NCBI GenBank assembly: GCA_043228905.1
Contig: JBHGNT010000477.1
Span: 1-23,490 of the forward strand
Direction of reading: 5' to 3'
From: Azolla caroliniana
Lineage: Eukaryota; Plantae; Polypodiophyta
DNA length: 23,490 nt
Part shown: in pieces, positions 1 through 10,081 of the stretch
Position numbering within the stretch: the stretch's first letter is position 1
Layout: every line of letters starts with the position of its first letter
Notes under the pieces: generated by a model
The model's database searches: none
What the model saw: the letters and a program-made list of their open reading frames with translations, nothing else
Told to the model about the DNA's origin: nothing
Translations under genes and position numbers: made by a program

Positions 1-3
1 AAC

Positions 4-65
4 CTGATTTTCCACAGCAGCTGATTCCGATCATTTTTCACCCTTTCAAGACAACTCTCTCTGAG
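4..65 (-). CDS. RPAIN: RPA-interacting protein (RPAIN/RIP family) homolog, coding exon 2; gene continues off the left edge
   Basis: Minus strand reads ...tttgtttttcAG|CTC AGA GAG AGT TGT..., translating LRESCLERVKNDRNQLLWKI(R), then AG|GT at 5-2. It joins exon 376-441 in phase 0. The joined WKQKLRESCLERVKNDRNQLLWKIR matches the remembered RPA_interact_N pattern of plant RIP proteins (W..KLRE.C..RV..DR..LLWK.R). Confidence 0.8.
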
Positions 66-375
66 CTGAAAAACAAACTCAAGCTTAAATGGTAAAATAG
101 ACAGATTTAAAAAATTGTAACGAAAAATGGATTAAATTAGCAAAAAATTAAAACAAAGGCTAAAGTAGAACGAGTGTAGGGAAATAATAAAATAAACCTA
201 AAAATTTGAAAGAAAGAAACGAAAGACGCAAAGAAATAGTGAAAGCATCAAAACAAGTAAGAAAGGAGAGAGATAGAGACTTTCTGATTTAAGATGATGG
301 AAGAAATACAGCAAAAACATTAGGAAAAGAAGAGAAAAAGGATTAGGAAAAGAGATTCAAGAGAGAGGGACGAAC

Positions 376-441
376 CTTCTGCTTCCAATTGGGATGCCGG
401 GGTTTGAAGGGGGACCTTCTTCTGCTCGGGTTCTTGTCCAT
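376..441 (-). CDS. RPAIN: RPAIN/RIP homolog, coding exon 1 (MDKNPSRRRSPFKPRHPNWKQK)
   Basis: ATG at 441-439 has an in-frame TGA just upstream (450-448). 22 codons are followed by the donor AAG|GTTCGT at 375 and a 310-nt pyrimidine-rich intron (66-375). Confidence 0.8.
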
Positions 442-502
442 GCTGTCTCATATGCAGGCGCTCATGACAGTAACACAGCAAAGCAAAACACAGTTCTAAA
501 CA

Positions 503-1132
503 CAAAAGAAAATCTCAGGGAAAAATGAAGAAGAAAGACAAGAATTGGGCTGCTATTCCTGCGTTTACGTTTTGCGTTTTGCTTTTTGCGTTTTGCTTTT
601 TGCTTTTTGCTTTTTCTTACCTTATGTTTTCTTTTTTCATCCAATTTATTTATAATACCCATTTCCAGTTTCCTCTTCATTAATTTGCTTTTTTCTTAAT
701 TCTTATTTTAATTTTCTTCATTTCTTCATTATTCTTATCTTTTTATTCATGATATAAAAAAAATTTTAAAAACATTTTTGTTTTAAATTCAACCTACAAA
801 TACCATCCTCTAATACATATGTATAAAGACAAAGAAAATCTCAGGGAAAAATGAAGAAGAAAGACAAGAATTGGGCTCCTATTCCTGCTTTTGCGTTTTG
901 CTTTTTGCTTTTTTTGGGCTTATGTTTTCTTTTTTTATCCAATTATTTATAATACCCATTTCCAGTTTCCTCTTCATTAATTTGCTTTTTTCTTAATTCT
1001 TATTTTAATTATCTTCATTATTCTTATCTTATTATTCATGATAAAATAATAATAATTTAAAAAGAAAAACTTTTTTTGTTTTAAATTCAACCCACAAATA
1101 CCATCCTCTAATACAATTATACATATGTATAA
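503..1132. repeat. Tandem duplication, two copies of about 300-325 bp (about 503-826 and 829-1132)
   Basis: AAAGAAAATCTCAGGGAAAAATGAAGAAGAAAGACAAGAATTGGGC begins at both 505 and 831. Both copies end ...AAATACCATCCTCTAATACA...TATGTATAA and differ mainly in TTTTGC-repeat number. Confidence 0.95.
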
Positions 1133-1859
1133 GTTATAACTTATAACTTATTAAGTATACATACTTGGCATAGATGCTTTAGCTTGCAGTGACCTATTCT
1201 TCATTAATTTATCGAGATCTATGCATAAAACTATTTTCACATATACAAAGTAACTACCCTGTTGGTTTAATACCACTTTGTTGTTATAACATACAAGCTT
1301 TTAATTCTATCCGCTCAAAAATTATGTTTTGTGTGTACAGTGTTAAATGCAAAATTGAAATACTATTATTTCATACACTTTTTTGCAACCAGAACCTAAC
1401 CCTAGGGGCATACACATAGAGTTTGATCCTACCATTTAATTTTGAATTCTTGAATTTGGTTATATCTCAAATGTTGCGCTCGAGCATCAGGAATTTTATT
1501 GGCGAATCAAGCATACAAGATAAATCCTTGTGAATTACTAGATCTTGAAAGATTATTGCAATGTTGTCATTCAAACCAATGAGTTCATTTAGACAACGAA
1601 CATGAAAATTAGAATGAATGTCTTTCCCATCGAGAACAAGACAATAGGCATATGAACAAATATACTTTAGGAATTTGAAAGGTCCACAATAAATTTAGCA
1701 TACTTAGCCCTATATAAAGTTTTGGAATTTGGAGGTCCACAAGGCTTATGAAGAGAAGTTAAACTATATAAATAGAAATTTCGCATCTTACCACAAAAAG
1801 TGACTAGAATGAACCTATCAACTTAAGCTTAATCCTTAAAATCATGGTCCTAGAGGCTG

Positions 1860-2037
1860 AATGTTCAATGATTTGCTTTATCTATTCATATGAATTCACA
1901 TTTCTTAGTACATGTACTAATGTTCAATGTTTTGCTTTTTCTATTCATATGAATTCACATTTCTTATTATGTGTACTAACGTTCAATGTTTTGCTTTTCT
2001 TATTCATATGAATTCACATTTCTTAGTATGTGTACTA
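1860..2037. repeat. 59-bp minisatellite, 3 copies
   Basis: The unit AATGTTCAATG..TTGCTTT.TCTATTCATATGAATTCACATTTCTTA.TA..TGTACT starts at 1860, 1919 and 1978. Confidence 0.95.
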
Positions 2038-2766
2038 TGATCAGTTGTCTCTTGTGCAACTAGATTACATGGTATTTTGATATTCACTTATCCACGATTT
2101 TTTTACAATATATTTAATTAGTAAAAACTTATTTCACATCTGCAATTGCCTTACTGGAAGTATTTAGTAGTTCGATTGGCCTTTTGTAGAGCCTCATGCG
2201 TGTAGAATTATTTACACTACTTGTTTTCATGTACAAGTGTGTATAGACAACACCTATATTTGTAACAAAAAATTAAATTGTGGGATTTGCAATATTTAAA
2301 CTAGTATATAAAAGCTTCAACATTGGATTAATTTTTTAAGACAACACATTCCAGACAAGGTAACATTTTTTCAAAATTTGAGGGAATATTTATGGATTTT
2401 CATCAAAATTTAAGGAATCTTTCAAGGTAAGTTTGTAATATTACCTGCTCATATTACCACTCCATTGTATGGAAAATATCTTATAAGGGATTCAATAACA
2501 CCACACATTGTGTAATGATGTCGCATATATACATTATTGTACATGAAATCAAACGTTGATTATATGAGATAAATTGTGATAAGTAATGTGGCTTTCTACC
2601 TAGTTGTTTTCAAAAGACCAACTATCATATCGAGTGAAAAATGTCACATCATCTATTCTACATCCACAAGCTTTACAATATTAAGCGATTAATTTTATAA
2701 ACGTGATGGGTTCACCACAATAATCATGTTTCAAATAACAATTACGATGCATATTAAACTTGTCGG

Positions 2767-2830
2767 TGTAGCTTGGGTGTAGTGGCTCACACTTCATAGT
2801 TAACGTAAAGTCACGTGTTCAAGTACTATG
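2767..2830 (+). other. Possible degenerate tRNA-derived (SINE-head-like) sequence
   Basis: A-box-like GGTGTAGTGG (2776-2785) with a GTGT/ACAC D-stem and B-box-like GTTCAAGTAC (2817-2826) lie at tRNA-like spacing. There is no acceptor stem. Confidence 0.25.
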
Positions 2831-2866
2831 ACATAAGGGGACAAATATACCATTCATTGTATAAAA

Positions 2867-2883
2867 AGGGTCATGCTTAGATA
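2867..2883 (+). repeat. Left target-site duplication of the LINE (AGGGTCATGCTTAGATA)
   Basis: An identical 17-mer lies at 12425-12441. The left copy sits at a T/AAAAA context (2862-2867), resembling the L1 endonuclease preference. Confidence 0.9.
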
Positions 2884-3604
2884 TTAGAGTACAGAGAGAT
2901 GATTTTGGCCTGAGGGTGGGGAAGGTTGGTTATGAAAGCTTGTCGGGTCAGTACTTTGCATGTAAGGAGATGGGCCATATGGCCAAATAGAGCCCTTTGT
3001 ATTGGAAGGAAAGAGGAGGTAGAGGAAATCAGGGCATCAAGATGTCAGATAACCCAAAGAAAATGATAGGAGGCTAGATGACCTTGGTTCATGATGGGAA
3101 GCAAGTAGCTGGGGAAGAAGGATGGGTATCACCGAGGAAAGTGGCCAGGCCTGACATTCATGGTCTTAATGGTCCACCTACAAGTGCCGGTTCCATTTCA
3201 AACAGATTTGATATCCTGTCACAAATGAAAGAGGAAATCCAAACGTGCAAGATAATTATAGCAACTCCAATCGATTTACTTCCAAGACTCGAGACCCACA
3301 TATGGTTAAGGCGTCGATGAGGAAAGGGAAGGACATGGAAAGTCTAGAGGACATTGGGAATAGTGAAATGCAAAAAATGATCACACGAATTGAGGCCGAA
3401 AATCCCTCAATTGTGGGAGTTGAGTTTGTTTTTTTCTCAAAAAAATCCTCCATTGGTATTGAAATTACAATGACCAGAGGCAATATACAAAAGCAATCCT
3501 ATTGGGAGTTGAGTTTGTTATGTTTAAAGAATGGAAGATGCAAGTTATGCAGGTACCCACAGTCGCAGTGAACATTGGTAATCCCAGGGGAAGAGTTCAT
3601 GGTT

Positions 3605-5182
3605 GATTCCTTGATTTTGGCAATATTCCTCGAAGGGTCCACGATACTCTCTGCCATTGTCCGCTCATACTACCTTCAGTTTTCAACCAGTTTCTCTCTC
3701 AGCCCTCGCTTGGACCTCTTTGAAGACGGATAACACTTGATCCTTCGTCTTTAGCACGGAAGCCCACAACTTCTGGCTACAATCATCAATGAAGGTCACG
3801 AAATACTTCGAACCACCATGCAACTTCGTATCCACATAGCATAAGTTCGTATGCACGAGTTCTAGCGGCATTTTTTTCCTCATCAAGGGCCTCGTTTGGA
3901 AGGATTTTTTATTCTACTTCCGGCCAAGCAATCAGTGCACTTCTCAAGTTGCACGTTCTTCACCTCCGGAATGAGATTGTCCTCGGCACGCTTTCGCATC
4001 CCCTTCTAGCTCATATGGCACAACCTCCTGTGCCACAATTCATTGACCGCATCGGCTGCCATGTTTGATTCCCCTCTGCATATTCGAGCATTCATTATGT
4101 ACAATGTGTTGGTTTTCCGGGCTCGAGCCACAATCAAACTTGCCTTACAGAACTTCATAACCCCGCTCCGGATGCTACCCGTGTAGTCTTCATCATCTAG
4201 CTGACCGACTGATATTAGGTTCAATCGAACCTCCGGAACATGTCCTACATCTCTCAACACAAGTCTGCACCCGGTTGAGGTTTCCAAACACACATCTCCA
4301 ATGCCGATGATTCGGCATGCTCCTTCATTTCCCATCTTTACATATTCGAGATCTTCGACTTTGTAGGGAGAAGCACTTTCGATCAGGGGTTAGGTGAAAC
4401 GACGCACCCAAATCGACCACCCATGTCGATTCTTCGCCTGCAATATTCACTTCGTTTTGCTCACTAATGAGCAACAACTCCTCCTCACTCGCAGCAATTG
4501 TTGAGGTGTTCTTCCTGTCCGGGATTTTCTTCGGCTCTACACCATCAACTCCCCCTTTCTCCTTTCGAAAGTGTCGACAATTTTCCTGGAATTGCCCTGG
4601 CTTCCCACAGTAGAAGCATGTGGGTCTCCCCTCAACTTTGACCTGGTCCCCGACTTATCTCAGTTCTAGGGACTTCAATTTCAGCTTCTTCCGTGAATCG
4701 TGTCACCTTCCGTGACTAAGGCCTTCTGGTCGGTGTTGGAATCTCGATCCTTCCGACGAGCTTCTTTGTTTAGCAAGCTCGACTTCACCATAGGTGTTCC
4801 CTTCCGGTCTCGTGTTGCCCAACGTGACAACCAGCGTTTACCAACTGTCCGGAAGGGATCCCAACAACAACACTGCTAATACCTCATCGGCCAGAGGTAC
4901 TTCTAGAGAGGTGGTTTGGTTCATCAATCCTTGGAAGGCATTGATGTGCTCCGCCATATTGGAACCATCCTGATACCGGAGCCTCCTGATTTTTCGAAAT
5001 ACTGAGACTCGGTTCACGGCGTTCTTGTTTTTGAACATGACGTCGATCTTCTTCCATAGGACACCTGCTTCTGTTTCTTCGTTGAAGTTGTTGTATAGAC
5101 TCATGTCTATAAAACACCTTATATATGCGGCCACCTTCAGATGCGATACTTCCCAAGTCGTAGCATTGATCTTGTTTGGTCT
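3605..5182 (-). pseudogene. Copia A gag-protease-integrase remnant
   Basis: Gag segment RRLRYQDGSNMAEHINAF...LLLGSLPDSW. Knuckle CFYCGKPGQFQENC near 4577-4618 (His lost). Protease STWVVDLGASFHLTP near 4385-4430 (DSG to DLG). Integrase LWHRRLCHMS*, CTDC, YFVTFIDD and ADNGREY, ending at ...YCQNQGI near 3605. There are several stops and frameshifts. Confidence 0.92.
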
Positions 5183-5584
5183 TGTTAAGCGAGCAAGATC
5201 AACCAGATCCGGATCGGCATCCGGAAACAACCGGCCGGATCGGGGAGACGGATCGGAGAGCCGGATTCGAGCGGGAACCGAAGGCCTAGTAGTAGCCTAG
5301 ACTACTAGGTAATCATTGTCTTGTAGTTAGTGTCAGTCGCACGTAGGAATATTGAAGTACCTGTCAGTCCTTTATGGACTTGTATAAATAGTGTTGTTTA
5401 GCACATTCTATGTACTGAGTTTTTAGAGTGATATTTTAAATTGAGTTTATGTTCTACTCTCTCTCTCTCTCTGTCTCTCCCACATGTATTCTTTGTGTTA
5501 AGTTCTCCATTAAACCTATTCTCATTTTCTATTGCTATTCGGCTGAGCCGGTTTGTCAAACGCTTCCGCACGTTTACATTCACA
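5183..5584 (+). repeat. 5' LTR of Copia B (402 bp)
   Basis: Starts TGTTAAGCGAGCAAG and ends ...ACATTCACA directly before the PBS. It is a direct repeat of 10082-10568. Confidence 0.92.
5383..5390 (+). promoter_or_regulatory. TATA box of the Copia B LTR
   Basis: TATAAATA is conserved in the 3' LTR (about 10317-10324) and lies upstream of the CT tract. Confidence 0.65.
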
Positions 5585-5596
5585 TGGTATCAGAGC
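5585..5596 (+). other. Primer-binding site (tRNA-iMet) of Copia B
   Basis: TGGTATCAGAGC immediately follows the 5' LTR and is complementary to the 3' end of plant initiator tRNA-Met. Confidence 0.95.
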
Positions 5597-5677
5597 ACGA
5601 GGGTTGAGAACCTCTGTAGCCGACACTTGCTTTCGTAGACGAACCCTAGAACCCAGTAAGGACAGACAGGGAAAGAT

Positions 5678-8600
5678 ATGAACAGAGGTATGGCGAGTTC
5701 ACTTCCCACAGAGAAGCTCGATCGGAGCGACTACACGTCATGGTCATATAAAATGCACCAATACCTGCTGGAGCATGGATATTGGCGCTTCGTGGAACAA
5801 ACGAACGAGGTAGCGCCAGAGACTGCACAAAATGACTTCCTGGTATGGGAGCAAGGAGCGAGTCGGGTATTGTATTGCCTCGCATGCTCTGTGCACGACC
5901 AGATGCTCGGCTACATAAAGGATTTAAAAAGGCCGAAGGAGGTCTGGGGAAATCTAAGGAAGATTTTCGCCGCGAGTACCACAACCCGTAAATTGGAGCT
6001 CCGGCAAGAGCTGAACAACATCCGACAAAGAGACATGTCGGTTACGGATTACACCACCAAAATAAAGGAGATTTGTGACGCACTCGGGTCCATCAACATG
6101 ACGGTGGATGAAGACGAGATGGTACAAATCTGCCTCGGTGGTCTAGCGCAAAGGTACGGATTGATCTGGACAGCGATATGCACTCGGGAGAAGCCACCGA
6201 CTTTCTTCGACTTGCAATCAATGCTGATTGTCGAAGAAAACCATGTGAGTGGGTCGAGGACCACTCAATCGGATGGCCGGATGTTGTACACGGAGACAAA
6301 TCAGCCTCATGGCATAACCGAAGGCAAAGAGATGGTGCCGACAGCAGTTCCGGACCCTCCACAAGCAGGGGGAGTCAAAGCGGCGCCGGAAGCCGGCAAT
6401 GAGAAGCCAACACGGAATGCTGGTATTGTGGCAAAAAGGGCCACAGGGAAAGCGAGTGCTTGAAGAAACACGCCGATTCGGCCAAATCCTGATTCGGCAA
6501 GGCCGGTCGGGAAAACCGACAAAGTTCGCACTATGCAGAAGGATCAAAAGCATCTGGAACCAGGAAAACCGGAAAGGGGCCAGCCTTCATGATGAAACAC
6601 AAGGCTAACTAGATAAAGAAGACTACTTCCAAATCGGAGGAAGTATGGTACGTTGATTCCGGTGCGTTGAACCACATGACGAGTCATGAAGAGTGGTTCT
6701 CATTTTTTGAGAAGCCGAAACAACCAGGAATTATCAAAACCAGAGACGACACCCCTCACCTGATTGTGCATGTCGGAGAAGTCCCTTTAAGCCATGTTGG
6801 ACAAAAGGGGAAGTTGACGAACGTATTACACGTACCGACAATCACAAAGAACCTGGTGTCAGTCAGACAAATCGTCGACCAGGGGATGCAGGTGCGGTTT
6901 ATGCACCTCGGGTGCTTCATTGAGGAAGACGGCCAGATTATTGCCCAAGGACACAGAGAAGGGAGGATGTTCATCCTCAACACTAATGACATCGACACCG
7001 CCATGTTTGCCAAAGGACAGAAGATTGAATCAGACATCAATCTCTGGCATAAGTGGATCGGCCATGTCAATTATCAGAGGCTTCAAGACCTGCAATCGAA
7101 ACAAGTCGTTTTCAGTTTTGCCGAAATTTAGCGGTCGGAGGGCTGAAATTTGTGAAGCCTGCCAAATCAGGAAGCAACACCAGCTTCCATTCCCCACTGA
7201 ACAAAACCGGAGCCGTAACAAGCTCGATCTAATACATTCAGATGTATGAGGACTGGCAGAGAACGTAAGTCTTGGCGGGAGTCGATATTTCGTCTCCTTC
7301 ATCGACGACTACAACCGGCACACTTGGATCTACCTCATCAATAGAGGAAGAGCGAAGTCTTCGAGTGTTTCCAGAACCTTCAAAGCTTGGTTGAACGGGA
7401 AATGGAGAGGAAGATCAAGTGCTTGCGGTCGGATGGCAGAAAAGAATACTTTTCCGGCCAATTCAACAATTATCTGCAGCAGAACGGAATTTAGAGAGAA
7501 TTCAGTTGTAGATACACACTGGAGCAAAACGGTGTGGCCGAAACGAAGAATTGGTCGATTGTTGACGCGGCAAGGGCAATGCTAGAGGAGAAGAACATGC
7601 CCATTCTTACTAGGCTGAGGCGGTTCGGATGGCCGTCTACATCCAAAATCGGATCGGTGACAAGGTGTCAGCACACGAGCTGTATTTCGGGCACAAGCCG
7701 AATTTGAGACACCTTCGGATATTTGGCAGCATAGCATATGTGCATGTACCAGATGAGAGGTAGAGGAAGCTTGATCCGAAGTCGGAGAAGTGCATCATGG
7801 TCGGTTACTCGCATGAGCAGAAGGGGTATAAGTGCTATAACCCTCGGACGAAGCAGGTCCGAGTAAGTCGATATCTTGAGTTCGACGAGACAGCTTCGTG
7901 GTACTCTCTACCGACTCCAACTTCCGACTCCGACCCAATCTCGGAGGATGAGACCAGTGAGCCTAAACCGGTCTAGATAAAAGATGACGAGCTTGAGACT
8001 CTAGAAGAGAGTCCATAATTGTTTCGGTTGAGTGGACCGAACGACCGACTAGGTCAGAGTGACCAGTCAGATGACAAATCAGTGAATAGTGGAGACTCTG
8101 TCATGCTCTCCCCGCACAAGGAACCGAGGAGACAGTTCACGCGCAAAGAGAAAGGGAAGCAAAAGATGTCGGTATACAAAACCGGCAACTTTGAGTCGGA
8201 TTGGAGCAAACCCGACTCCGGAAAGAATGAAGGCGAATCTTCGGAAACAAAGTCCGAACCGGCCAAGAAGGGCCCCAAACCGGGTGATGACAAGTTAAAC
8301 CGGTCTTCCCGCCAGAAGAACCCCATTACGCGGTATGGTTACAATGAGTACATGGTGCATCATTATGCGTACATGAACAAAGTGGCGGAAGTGCATGAAC
8401 CGGAGAGCTACGCAGAAGCGGCAAAAGATGAAAATTGGCGTGCCGCTATGGAAGAAGAAATATGGGCACTCGATGCCAACGACACATGGGGCCTCGACCC
8501 TCCCTAACACTATAAACCAATCGGTTGAAAAATGGGTGTACAAGGTAAAGTACAATGCCGACGGTTTGGTTAACCGATACAAGGCCTGGTTAGTGGCGAA

Positions 8601-9430
8601 GGGATATGCATAGACCCACAGAATTGACTATGACAAGACCTTCGCTCCAATAGCGAAGATGACAACGGTTCGTGTGGTACTGGCGATTGTTGCAGCAAGG
8701 GGGTGGCATCTTCACCAGATGGACGTGAAGAATGTGTTTCTTCAAGGTGACCTTGAAGGACAGGTCTATATGATCCAACCTCCCAGTTTTCAGTCAGAGA
8801 TGAACAAGTCGGCGGTGTGCCATCTTAAGAAGTCGCTTTACGGTCTGAAACAAGCCCCCCGAGCTTAGAATGCAAAGATCACGCACCAGTTGCGTAAGAT
8901 GGGGTTTGAGACTGTTATACCGGCATGGTATAACTGAAGAGCTAGTCGGATACACAGATGTCGACTAGGCAGGTGATGCATCAGATCGCCAATCCACCTC
9001 CGGTTACATGTTTTCTCTAGGTAGCGCGGATGTTGCGTGGAGCAGCAAAAAGCAGCCAACAGTGGCTCTTTCGAGCACTAAGGCTGAATATCGGGGCGCT
9101 ACCAATGTCACTTGTGAAGCCATCTGGCTTTGGAGACTGCTGCGAGATCTCTGGGTCGAGGTGCTGACCCCGATTCTGATCTACAGTGACAACAGGAGCA
9201 GCATTCGGCTCGCCAAGAACCCTATATTCCATGCTCAGACAAAGCGCATAGAAGTGCATTATCACTTTGTGCGTGAGCGGGTCTTGAGCGGTGAAGTAGA
9301 CCTTCGGTATGTTCAGACGAGTCGGTAGGTTGCCGACATCTTCACCAAACTGCTCGGATTGGACAAGTTGCAGCACTTCACCGAAATGCTTGGTGTTCAA
9401 CATCTCGACGTGCCACACTTGAGGGGGAGA
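5678..9430 (+). pseudogene. Copia B gag-pol polyprotein, disrupted
   Basis: Gag runs from 5678 (EKLDRSDYTSWSYKM...). Knuckle CWYCGKKGHRESEC at 6418-6459 is in a shifted frame. Protease WYVDSGALNHMT is near 6646. Integrase motifs are LWHKWIGH, CEAC, FIDD, LRSDG, QNGVAE and KGY. RT motifs are KWVYKVK and [11 protein letters not shown]...[12 protein letters not shown]. RNase H motifs are GYTDVD*, WSSKKQPTVALSS, YSDN and ADIFTK. There are many premature stops. Confidence 0.95.
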
Positions 9431-9682
9431 ACAGGAACGGGCAAAGGCACTGCTAATTGCACCGGACAAGGAGCCAGAGAGGAAGAAAGAACCAACAAAG
9501 GGGGAGACTAGAGGAAAAAGGGGGGCGAGTCAACAAAGAAAGTCAACACATCCGAACAAGTCGGAACGAGCGGCAGCGGCAGTAGAGTCGAGAAGGACAG
9601 AGCCGACCGGAAGGAGAAGGCCAAGACCTGGACATGGTCTGATGTGGTGAAGGTCCTGGAACCGGAAGACATGCAGGAGAAC

Positions 9683-9763
9683 ACCGACTCGGACAAGAGC
9701 TGGAACGAATCGGGAGCGACCGATTCGGACAAGAGTTGGAACGAATCGAAGGAAACCGATTCA
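9683..9763 (+). repeat. 36-bp tandem repeat (two copies plus a partial third) in the Copia B 3' extension
   Basis: ACCGACTCGGACAAGAGCTGGAACGAATCGGGAGCG / ACCGATTCGGACAAGAGTTGGAACGAATCGAAGGAA / ACCGATTCA encodes TDSDKSWNESGA-TDSDKSWNESKE-TDS. Confidence 0.9.
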
Positions 9764-10069
9764 GTTCAAGATTCAGAGAAGCCGGATCACCTTAAAGCCA
9801 AGCGAACACGGACGTAGTGGAAGTCGACGCCAACACGAAGGAATCGACGAGTCGACAAGCATCGGAGTCGCAGCAACGAGGGAGCTTAAATGGGCTTGTT
9901 GAGCAGACAATCCGATCGAGGAGGTCGAGGTGCGCAAAACCAGAAGGGTCGCGGCAAACAGGACCGGACCGGACGAGGAGCGTGAGCAAGGCGGAGCAAC
10001 GCTAGAAGGAGCTGGGTAGAAGAACCGACTGCCACATACACTAACACCACGATCCGACCTCAAGTTGAG

Positions 10070-10081
10070 CTTGAGGGGGAG
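10070..10081 (+). other. Polypurine tract of Copia B
   Basis: CTTGAGGGGGAG lies directly before the TG of the 3' LTR. Confidence 0.9.

Noticed and set aside
320-680. ORFs 320-505 and 462-680 (-) as genes
   Set aside because: The first is an alternative frame of RPAIN exon 1 that runs into the intron. The second is a translation of TTTTGC repeats.
1128-1145. 18-bp palindrome TATAAGTTATAACTTATA, and a similar one at 13032-13049
   Set aside because: These are low-complexity AT-rich palindromes expected from slippage, with no supporting context.
1860-2037. 59-bp repeats as a CRISPR array
   Set aside because: The units are head-to-tail with no unique spacers, there are no cas genes and the context is eukaryotic.
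3078-3571. ORFs 3078-3320, 3245-3571 and 3256-3483 as host genes
   Set aside because: They lie inside the decayed LINE and are fragments of ORF1/ORF2 or antisense shadows.
4838-5230. LTR-initiated gag fusion ORF as a functional chimeric gene
   Set aside because: It starts at TTG in the antisense LTR of Copia B and ends at a premature stop. It is a by-product of the insertion.
6300-6463. Programmed gag-pol frameshift in Copia B
   Set aside because: The shift lies upstream of the zinc knuckle and the element has many other lesions, so a deletion is the simpler explanation.
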